Below the pieces are notes generated by a model. It saw only the letters and a list, made by a program, of their open reading frames with translations. It was not told the DNA's origin and made no database searches. 64,000 nucleotides of DNA. It comes from Octopus sinensis. Taxonomy: Eukaryota. Positions 53,690 through 64,000 of the stretch are shown here, piece after piece; the first letter of the stretch is position 1; each line of letters starts with the position of its first letter. Location of the stretch: the NCBI RefSeq assembly GCF_006345805.1, contig NC_043001.1, forward strand, positions 12,400,001 through 12,464,000, in the 5' to 3' direction. Made by a program: the position numbers and the translations under genes.

Positions 53690-55264
53690 GAGTTTTTCCT
53701 CCTCCTTTTTTTCCTTCTTACTGAGGAAGGTTAGGTTTCCTCCGTAACCGGGAGATCCATCCACCCTTCCTCAGCTCTATGTTCCCTCGGTGAGCAACCA
53801 TTGTTTCTCACCTTCTTCCTCTTGTGGTCCTTCATTCAGAAGGCTTCCGCCTCTATTCCCTCTTCTAGAGAGATACCAACCAACTGCTCCAGGATCTTGC
53901 TTTGGTCTTAGGGGCAGTTCCTTTTTTATGAATCACCGGGAACATTGCACCCAGCCATACTCAAAATGTCCGGAAACACTTATTTGCTGATTGGGTCAAC
54001 AGGGTCAAAACCACTTTTGACACGACCCAATTAGCCACCGGTAATAGCTTTACACTGAAAAACGTGGCGTTGCTGCCACCCAGACCTCAGCGGATAGTGT
54101 CCTCTATCCACACTGGTTCTATATTGGGTGGCAGCCCGCAGACCCAAGTCTTCGTCAACTTGCTCCCACCATACGTGGGAAAAATAAATGTTATTGCCCT
54201 CCATGGGCTGGCTCTCAAAAATACGAGTCTTTTCCGGTGTGTCGAATAGCAACCAAATCGTTGCACATCTGCCACCCCGCGCAATTGTTGCTAGCTCATT
54301 TTCAATTTCCTGCTTGGAGAAGACGGCAATGGCGTCGAGAATTTTCGAGTATATTCTCAATACCACTTCTTCTCCTCTTGCTGTTTAAGCCACTCCAAAG
54401 CAGTGTTTTTCTTGTTGTTCTTGTTGAACTATCACAGAGATAGTTCAAACAAAAAACATTCTTTGAAATAAACAGAAGAGGAAACAGTTCAGGAAAAAAA
54501 ACAAACAAACAACAAAACTCGACGAACACACTATTCCGGCCACAGATACTCCTGGCCGAAACTGGAAGTTGGTAGCAACGGCAAAACCAGGTACTATGAA
54601 GCAGGAACTACAGCAAACTAGGTAATCCAAGGCAGGAATTTCAGCAAACCAGATACAGAAACAATATTTTGGTGGCGAGACACGCCCACCAAAGCAAACG
54701 TCAAAATTTTTACTCACTAAAAAATGAGTAAAACTAGACTCACCACAGGCAGAAAAGAATGTCTAGAGTTCAGCAGGGATTTATTAAAAATAACACAGCA
54801 AAGCCCACCGAACTAAAACAAAAACAAAATGTCCTATCTGTAGTGAGTCTCATTTTCTTTCCCTTATTCCCGCAGTTCAAAGTGAAATTACAACTGGTGG
54901 CAACATCAAAACCAGGCACTACGTAGCAGGAACTACAGCAAACCAGGTACTCCAGGGCAAACATTATAGCACAGGAATAATATTTTGGTTGCGAGATACG
55001 TCCACCAAAACACAAACTTTTTGTTGGCGAGATATGCCCACCAAAAACAATTTTGACTCACTAAAAAGTGAGTACAACTAGACTTACCACAGACATACAA
55101 AAATGTTTAGATTTCAGCAGGTATCCATTAAAAATAGGACAACAATAAATCCCCACCGAACTAAAAAAAACAAAAAGTCATACCTTTAACCAGTCTCTTT
55201 TATTTCTCTTATTCACGCAGCTCAAAGCGACGTGAAATTTACAGTAGCAGTAGTCGAAAACTGA
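53690..55264 (-). mobile_element. 5' part of an L1/Tx1-like LINE: duplicated ~325-bp 5'UTR unit plus disrupted ORF1
   Basis: FPTYGGSKLTKTWVCGLPPNIEPVWI parallels LPTYRRRGSVRIRIRNVPPEIKLGWL at 6.1 kb. Units 54575-54899 and 54900-~55245. Initiator-like TCAGTTTT at ~55257-55264. Confidence 0.6.
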
Positions 55265-56705
55265 TGGCGCATGCGACGGGTGTAAGCAAGCTACTTACCA
55301 CACAGCCACTCCTGCACATACACAATTTTAAAATAGAATCGTATATAAAGACATAGACATGTCATAACGAAGGTACTAGTCAGGTCTCGAAGAAATCCAA
55401 AATGTACTATATTTTACAACTTTTAACATTTAAGGCATAACACGTAAGACATAATTTGAACTGAATTTAAAAGCTGGTCAGGTGTTTCATCACCTAGATA
55501 TCTCTAGGCTGGTTATTATTTCATCGTTAAATATATCTGCAACTTATTTATTTGTGTACATCCTCACTAAATCCCTTAACGCATTATAGTTTTCCATATG
55601 CACATACAATAGATTTCGAGTAAACATTGGAAATGTTTGTCATTCAGGTATAATAACATTTGAGCATTATCAAGTGAGCGAAAAGTATGTTACTGCTGTA
55701 GGACTCAAAGTAGTATCTCTATCTTACAAAATAAGAGGATTAGACCAATCACAATCTAACATATGCTTAGAAGCTGATAACAAAATCGGAACAGAAAACA
55801 AATGAATTTTATAGAAGGGAAGAAAAGATTATTACAGTCGACGCATTCGTTTCATTTTTAAATGTAACTGAATCAAGAACAAAAAGCGTGTTAAGAGGCT
55901 GATATTAGAGTTAATTTTAAAGAAAGAGAAAGAAAGGAAACCGTGAAAGTGCTCAATCTATGTTCAAGATAGAGCTACAGAGTAGCTTGGTTAAATAACG
56001 ATGAAAACAGCTTTTAATTCCTGGCTAATACTAACGAAATAAATATAGTGTTAGAAAACGATATTGACGAAAATGTGTAAGAAGAAGAAAGAATTAAATA
56101 GTCAGTGGATGTCGTGTTAATTGTAAGAGAAAAATTAGAACAGGAGAGAAACCAGGTGAATGACCATGCATTTTATGTCGAGGCTAATAAAACAGTCTTA
56201 AATAGTGAAGACTGCTACAACAAAGAGTTTTTAACCTGTGTTGTTCATTTGCTCGGAGTTATGTCTGGAATTCTGGACATAGAAACGGGAAGACATTACA
56301 AATATCTACAGGCAAATGACATACGATCAAACTATGTTTATAGAAACTCACACAGACGTGTAGATCAATGTTAACAGCCGATATATATTGCTGAAAGCTC
56401 ACCAGCAAATCAAATACATTTTAAACGGTGTATCAAGATGAATATTAATATTCGCATACCATTATATCTCGTATGTATATCGTTGCATCTATGTACACTA
56501 TATACACAAACTTCCAACATGTATGCATACACGAACACACACAGGCACACACACACACATACGCAAATGCGCAGACAGACATATATGTGTTTATATACAT
56601 ATATATTTGTGTGTATGTATTGAAGATTATTTGCGAACATAACGTGGCAGTTATGTGTAGTAATTATATATATATCATGCACATACATACACACGTACAT
56701 ATATA

Positions 56706-57098
56706 TCGTGGCACTCCGTCGGTTACGACGACGAGGATTCCAGTTGATGTTGGGTTCCAGCCGCTCTAACAACCACCACTTGTTATCATATGGGATCCCT
56801 TCATCTTTTAAGAATTGTCTTTCCAGAACAGCCTGCCAATGAAATTAACGTGCAAATGGCTGAGCACTCCACAGACACGTGAACTCTTAACGTAGCTTTC
56901 GGGGAGATTCAGCCATTTGAAATACAGAAAGAAGAATAAGAGAAAGTTGTGGTGAAAGATTAGAGCAGGGTTCGCCATCACCCACCGCCGGAGCTTCGTG
57001 GAGCTTTAGGTGTTTTCACTCAATAAAGACTCACAACGCCTGTCCTTCCTTCGAACGCTGGCCCACTGCCCTAGCCATTGGGCCATTGAGTCTCCACG
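56706..57098 (-). mobile_element. SINE family C copy with an ~80-bp extra segment also present at ~61850-61930
   Basis: Family match. Shared segment CCACCACTTGTTATCATATGGGATCCCTTCATC. Confidence 0.75.
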
Positions 57099-57154
57099 CA
57101 CACACACACACACATATATATATATATTTATTCACACGCACATATAATATATAT

Positions 57155-57188
<34 letters not shown>

Positions 57189-57214
57189 CATATATTTATT
57201 TATTATATAGAAGG

Positions 57215-57265
57215 AGCTTCTACAGGACTAGAACTGTTTCATTCAAGAGAAATCTTCAGGAAGCT
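57215..57265 (-). ncRNA. Compact type I hammerhead ribozyme (family H4) next to (TA)n
   Basis: AGCUUC-CUGAAGA-UUUC UCUU GAAU-GAAA-CAG UUCUAGUC CUG-UA-GAAGCU: 6-bp stem I, 4-bp stem III, GUA site. Confidence 0.8.
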
Positions 57266-57727
57266 AGTTAACAAGAATTGTATTGGCATTTATACATTTA
57301 GGCAGGTTTATAGGGGTGGTGGTGGGGGACGTTTTGGGGGTAGGCATAGCGCAAAAAAATCATACTTGGGGGAGTGGTCAAGGAGTCAGTGGTAAATTAG
57401 ATAGAAGAATAAATAAAAGAATAAAAAAAAGAATAAAATACAAAAATATATAGAAGAATAGACTTTTAGGTAAATAAGGAAATTCTCAACACACACACAT
57501 ATACATACACACATACATACACACACACCCATATATATATATATATATACACACACACGACCACACATACACATACACACAAAAAATATATACATACACA
57601 CACATACACATACATACATACATACACACACATATCCACATACACACATGCACACACAACACACATGTCCCTATATACTCATATATACATATACACATAT
57701 ACGTATGTACACACACAACAAACACCA

Positions 57728-57773
<46 letters not shown>

Positions 57774-58345
57774 CATATGTGTACCTATTCATACACATAT
57801 ATGTACGTATACACACACACACATATACACATACATACACACACATACATACAATGTGTACCTATTCATACCTACACATACACACATATATACATACAAT
57901 TACAAACCCATACCCTAATTTTAATTTATTATCTTCATTTATTACTTTTGTTATCTTTGACCGCTGGTCACAAACATCTTGGCTAGTCCTTTTATCTTTC
58001 TACTTGAGCACAAGCACTCACTCACGCACGCACACTCATTAGCACGCACACACACTCTCATTCGTACACTCATACACATACACGCACGCACGCGTTATAT
58101 TCATACATACATACATCTACATACATACACGTATATACACATACGTACGCGTACCTACAGATTCATGTCTACAATCTTAGAAGACTAGTCTATACATATA
58201 CACCAAATATATATACACCACATACATACTACACCCATACATACATACATATATACACACATACACACAACACACGTATATATATACATACATATACGCG
58301 CATGCATACACATACAAATACATACACATACACATATACATATAC

Positions 58346-58391
<46 letters not shown>

Positions 58392-58484
58392 CACATACAT
58401 ACATATACATACATACATATACATATATACACACACACATACATACACATATACACATACACGCACATACACATACATGCATAC

Positions 58485-58529
<45 letters not shown>

Positions 58530-58535
58530 TATATA

Positions 58536-58580
<45 letters not shown>

Positions 58581-58602
58581 TATATATATATATATATATA
58601 TG

Positions 58603-59536
58603 TATGAAAAAAAGTCAAGATAGAAAATGCTAAAATACTTTTATAAAGAACATTTCAGTACCGGTTTCGGTCATTTTGAGACCTTTTCACCTGTAACGAT
58701 TAAATAATTAAATTTAGAGAAATTAAAAGAAAAGTTTTTTTAAAGGAATATTTGTATAGTGTTCAAATATAAGTGGCATTCTTCCTTTCTCTGTCTCCCT
58801 TGTTTGCAAAGAATCCATTACAAATCAGCCCCAATCACAGCTATAATCCATAACGTGCCAACTTCAAGTCATAGAACACCTCACTACTTCCACTCATTCA
58901 TATTCTCCCTTTCTCTTTTTTCTTCTTCTTCCTCTTCTTCTTCATCATCATCATCACCATCATCTTCTTCTTCTCCTTCTTCTTCTTCTTCTTCTTCTTC
59001 TTCTTCTTCTTCTTCTTCTACTTCTTCTTCCTCATCATCATCATCACCATCATCATCATCAACATCTTCTTCTTCTTCTTCTTCTTCTTCTTCTACTCAC
59101 CTTCTACCTCTTAACTTTATCACTAATGCTTTTTAGTAAAACACCTACGCAAATTCCATAAACAAACCTTTCAATAGAAATATTCTCCTGAATTGAACTG
59201 CAACTGCTAGCCGTCACTGACCATTCAAAATACAACAATCAAGGAACTCCCAAATTTTTCCACCCCTCTCCTCATCAACCTTCTTCTTCTTCTACCCTAC
59301 CAAGAATTCACAACGACCTCGAACACACAAGTGCAAACAAGGGAGACAGAGAAAGGCAGAATGCCACTTATATTTGAACACTATACAAATATTCCTTTAA
59401 AAAACTTTTCTTTTATTTTTCTAAATTTAATTATTTAATCGTTACAGTTGAAAAGGTCTCAAAATGACCGAAACCGGTACTGAAATGTTCTTTATAAAAT
59501 TATTTTAGCATTTCTATCTTGACTTGTTTTTTCATA
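58603..59536. mobile_element. Fold-back element (family H5) with ~205-bp inverted arms in (TA)n
   Basis: Arms 58603-58808 and 59332-59536. Spacer holds (TCT)n and LRKFHKQTFQ*KYSPELN (59145-59198), resembling a GIY-YIG C-terminus. Confidence 0.88.
59442..59485 (+). ncRNA. Hammerhead motif with U3:A8 compensated core
   Basis: CAG-UUGAAAA-GGUC UCAAAAU GACC-GAAA-CCGG-UA-CUG. The mirror copy at 58653-58696 has G3. Confidence 0.68.
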
Positions 59537-59563
59537 TATATCAACTCGTGTGTTCCTTTTCAT

Positions 59564-59626
<63 letters not shown>

Positions 59627-60261
59627 TACATGCAGATACATTTGCGTGTGTGTACGTGTGTGTGTGTGTGTATGTGCGTATGTGTGTGCGTGAGTGTGTA
59701 TGTGTGTGCGTACGTGTATGTGTGTGTGTGTGTATTTGTTATCACCTGTGTTTTGTCTATAGAGATAAATGTTCAAAATATAGTCAGATTGGATTTGCTC
59801 GTCACTTGAAATCGTATAAGTATTGCTGCAAGTAATTTAATATTGTTTTGTTAGTATAAGAAAGTACGAATATTTTTATTGAATTATATGACACTTAATT
59901 TCTGACTCGATACGTATTTTGATTGTTTATTCAATTTCTACTTCGATTATAAAAACAACCGCAACCGCGTATCTGTTTGCAAATGTATTTTTAAAAATTA
60001 TTTTTAGCACTTAATTAGAGATGTAGTATCACATTATTTGTATATAACAAAACTTATATGTAATAAATAAACTTTTAGTTGTTCAAACAGAAAATATTAC
60101 ATTGCATATATGTCTGCGTGTATTGGTGGTGGCACGAGTAGCTACTCCTGTACCGAGGCAGCTATATCTAAACCAAACTCTGTTCCATTGAGGATATGTA
60201 ATAAAAATCGAAACACAGTTCTGTCTAAGGTCAAACTACATTCATATTAGGTATAAATAAA

Positions 60262-60318
<57 letters not shown>

Positions 60319-60344
60319 GAGAAAGAACAAAAGAATGGATTAGT

Positions 60345-60435
60345 TTTTAGTACAATTGTTTCATACAAAGACAGGCTTTATTACAAGTTGCAAAAATTGC
60401 AGCAGATAAAAGTGTCCCGTACTCATCAGCTAAAA
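60345..60435 (-). ncRNA. Type I hammerhead ribozyme (left arm of H6)
   Basis: Mirror of 61034-61124 with an identical core. Confidence 0.8.
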
Positions 60436-61033
60436 TACATTTGAGTTCTCTAGACATCTTAGTGGGTGAGGTTATACTCATGAAATATTGGAGATAGTTC
60501 CATTAGAGGCAGATATAGGTTGTAAACAGTTTTCCAAAGTTCCTTAATGATGATGCGCAGTCTTATCACAGATTTTTAAAGACTTATTAGCTTCACAGAA
60601 AAGGTGAATTAATTCACACCCACACATACCTATTAAGCTACTTCACATATACTATCTGTTGTTGATTTAAATTATTTATCCATTTCTCCTCTGCGAAAGC
60701 TAATAACAAGTGTTATGAGGTTATACTCATGAAATATTGGAGATAGTTCCATTAGAGGCAGATATAGGTTGTAAACAGTTTTCCAAAGTTCCTTAATGAT
60801 GATGCGCAGTCTTATCAGAGATTTTTAAAGACTTATTAGCTTCACAGAAAAGGTGAATTAATTCACCTTTTCTGTGAAGCTAATAAGTCTTAAAAATCTC
60901 TGATAAGACTGCGCATCATCATTAAGGAACTTTGGAAAACTGTTTACAACCTATATCTGCCTCTAATGGAACTATCTCCAATATTTCATGAGTATAACCT
61001 CACCACACTAAATGTCTAGAGAACTCAAATGTA

Positions 61034-61124
61034 TTTTAGCTGATGAGTACGGGACACTTTTATCTGCTGCAATTTTTGCAACTTGTAATAAAGCCTGTCT
61101 TTGTATGAAACAATTGTACTAAAA
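61034..61124 (+). ncRNA. Type I hammerhead ribozyme (right arm of H6)
   Basis: UUUUAG-CUGAUGA-GUAC..GUAU-GAAA-CAAUUG-UA-CUAAAA. Palindromic ACAAUUGU. Predicted cut after 61118. Confidence 0.82.
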
Positions 61125-61287
61125 ATAATCCATTCTTGTTGCTTCTTTCTCGTTTATAATCACCCACATTACTGTATGGTTAACACCATATAGTTTTTTC
61201 TGGTGCATCTAAGTTAAGTACCACATTTAAGTAAATTCATTGGAATTTACTTGAATCTTAATTGCTTTGATTGAATTATATATATAT

Positions 61288-61331
<44 letters not shown>

Positions 61332-61332
<1 letters not shown>

Positions 61333-61463
61333 TTTATTTAAAAGCAGCAGAAATATAACAAAAGCTGTACTTCGGAGTTTCACGTTCCCGTTCGTTGCAC
61401 AGTTTTGTTATAATAGAACTCCGAGTTACAGCTTTGTTATATTTCTGCTGCTTTTAAATAAAG
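61332..61463. repeat. Small fold-back element abutting (TA)n
   Basis: ~47-bp inverted arms CTTTATTTAAAAGCAGCAGAAATATAACAAAAGCTGTA... / ...TACAGCTTTGTTATATTTCTGCTGCTTTTAAATAAAG. Confidence 0.85.
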
Positions 61464-61534
61464 CCTATTACTCTACCTCTGGTATTTGAGTACTATTTTT
61501 TCCGTATTGTTTCACATTTATGTGCTTACTCCGG

Positions 61535-61571
<37 letters not shown>

Positions 61572-62030
61572 CGCCTTAAATTTGAATGGAAGATTCGTAT
61601 ATCTGAATGTTAATGGTTACAAAATGCTAGTACTGGTGTGTATATCTTGCATAAAAGTTTTTCTTTTGATACACTGAAACACACATATACTCACACACAC
61701 ATATAGGTATGGGTGTATCTATATACATGATATATGTATGTAGAGACCCTAAATTTCCTGGCGAGAGTTCAGTAACACTTGTTTCATAGAGTCTTTGAGG
61801 ATCCTCGACCGCTTAGCTATGCAAAGCTTGCAGCGTTCGCTCCCGTCAATGTTGGGTTTCAGCCGCTCTATGAACCACCACTTGTTATCATATGGGATCC
61901 CTTCATCTTTTAAAAATTGTCTTTCCGGAATCCTGCAAAGGGATTATACATATATCTTCAATTTCAAATGCACACATATAGACACACACGCGCCCGAACA
62001 ACCGTACGTTCACACACATACACATACCTA

Positions 62031-62259
62031 TTCTTTACTACCCACAAGGGGCTAAACACAGAGAAGACAAACAAGGACATACAAAGGGATTAAGTCGATT
62101 ACATCGACCACAGTGCGTAACTGGTACTTAATTTATCGACCCCGAAAGGATGAAAGGCAAAGTCGACCTCGACGGAATTTGAACTCAGAACGTAACGCCA
62201 GATGAAATATGGCTACGCATTTCGCCCAGCGTGCGAACGATTCTGCCAGCTCACCGCCT
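62031..62259 (-). mobile_element. SINE family B monomer with an imperfect ~22-bp TSD
   Basis: Flanks TTCACACATACACATACCTATT / TTCACACCCACACATACCTATT. Confidence 0.85.
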
Positions 62260-62962
62260 TTCACACCCACACATACCTATTAAGCTACTTCACATATAAT
62301 ATCTGTTGTTGATTTAAATTATTTATCCATTTCTCCTCTGCGAAAGCTAATAACAAGTGTCTGTAATACACCAAGGTGACTTTAACGAATCGTTGCAAAT
62401 TATCAATCCTCCTCAATTCTTCACAATGAAAGAGTTATGTATATTTAGTAATCCACAATGAAAGTCTAGTAAAAGCATACACAAATGAAAGAGTTATGTA
62501 AATTTACTAATCCACATAGGAAACGGCGTCTTAACTTTGGTGGCTTATTTCGTCATATCCGGCAAATACATATACTTCTAGACATCACTTAATGTACTGA
62601 ATTTAGGAGTGGAAAGAATCGTATTAGTAATCAACAAGTTGCGTAAAGTAACATACTTCAGTGTGTTTATACCAGAAGTTACACACAGTCGCCACTTATT
62701 TAGTTGACTGCATAGACACCGCGATATATGTCATCGATTATCGAATGAGTGCCCAGCTTTTCATTGGTTTCTTATTAGACATAGATCAAATCTGTATTTT
62801 ATTTGATCGTTTTCTATATATAATTCTGAGAGCTACTTTTGTCGACTACTTAACTTTTCTAAAGGACCCGAGGGTGTATAGATTTTGGAATGATGCCTAG
62901 CTCTTCTAACATGGACGTGTTTTGTGGTTTAATGGATTGAATTTCATTGCAATTAAAGAAAC

Positions 62963-63014
<52 letters not shown>

Positions 63015-63177
63015 CATATATACATATATATATATATGTAATTAATTAATAAGGGTGAGAGAATTAGATACTAATTTAATAGTATATCTATTCTACACCA
63101 AGTGGCCTAGTGCTCCGAGAAACCTGGATTATTATAATATTTATAATATATTATAATATTTTTACAAAATAAATATA

Positions 63178-63413
63178 GAGAGTGGTCACTATATGGCTCA
63201 CTCTAGCACCAGTTAATCCAAGGTTTCAACCACAAAAATACATGTTTCCATGAAATTTAGTACGATTGTTAGCTCAAACGGACAGGGCAAATTAAAAATT
63301 TGCCCTGTCGTGTGAGCTAACAATCGTACTGAATTTATGGAAAACATGTATTTTTGTGGTTGAAACCTTTTGGATTAACTGGTGCTAGAGTGAGCCATAT
63401 AGTGACCACTCTC
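63178..63413. repeat. Fold-back element between (TA)n tracts, centred at ~63295
   Basis: ~116-bp near-perfect arms with an AAA loop. Confidence 0.88.
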
Positions 63414-63870
63414 TTATAGTTATATTATATATATATGTATAATAATATATATATACATATATATTTGTATATATGTATATATATATATATGTAGTATTTA
63501 TATATATAATATATACATATAATTTTTATATATGTATATATATATACATATATAGATATATATATATATATCTATATATATTATATATATACATATAGAT
63601 ATATACGTATATATATATACATATAGACATATATATATATATATACATTTATACGACTATATGTATATATGTATATAAATACATACATATATATATAATA
63701 TATATATATACATAATATAATATATATATACATATATATCTATATATATATCATATATATATAACATATATATATATAATATATATATATATAATTTATG
63801 TATGTATGTATATATATATATATATATAATATATAATATAATATATATATATATATATTATATATATTTC
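63414..63870. repeat. Degenerate (TA)n tract (others at 24.7-25.3, 57.1-58.6 and 59.5-59.7 kb)
   Basis: Directly visible. Confidence 0.95.
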
Positions 63871-64000
63871 ATGCGCACATTGATATAGCTTTACATCCAG
63901 CGTGTGGAAACATTTGAATCCAGATTTCACCATCTTCACATAGGTCGTACAATATAAAATTGTAAAGAAATAGAACACGAAACTTTTACATACAAATCAC

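Larger units (their letters stand above)
60317..61153. mobile_element. Fold-back element (family H6), loop-less palindrome centred at 60859/60860
   Basis: GGTGAATT|AATTCACC centre. ~295-bp arms. Left arm interrupted by a 101-bp captured segment and a 151-bp duplication. Confidence 0.9.

Noticed and set aside
58759-59136. Poly-Ser ORF
   Set aside because: It is the (TCT)n tract within the H5 spacer.

Overview
AT-rich, microsatellite-saturated eukaryotic intronic/intergenic DNA. The SINE families and repeat landscape look cephalopod (Octopus-like); this is an inference. No intact protein-coding gene is evident, only one speculative spliced two-exon gene end (1485-1639 + 4570-4663). The window is a mosaic of mobile elements: three or four tRNA-derived SINE families (one forming 185-bp head-less tandem arrays), a complete but disabled Chapaev3 (CMC) DNA transposon with TIRs and a TAA TSD, a mariner remnant, an R4/Dong-type RLE LINE with 3' fragments sitting in (AAT)n, a second 557-bp (AAT)n-tailed element, two gag-like ORF1 LINE remnants, and CR1/L2-like and Penelope-like RT relics. 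The main result: between 27 and 63.5 kb at least six sequence-unrelated elements anchored in (TA)n tracts each carry a type I hammerhead ribozyme motif (stem I-CUGANGA-stem II-GAAA-stem III-UH-stem I), all reading outward toward the microsatellite. Several are fold-back palindromes with a ribozyme on each strand, and one has the U3:A8 compensated core. They look like a Penelope-dependent, retrozyme-like system. All folds were read by eye; none was computed or tested.
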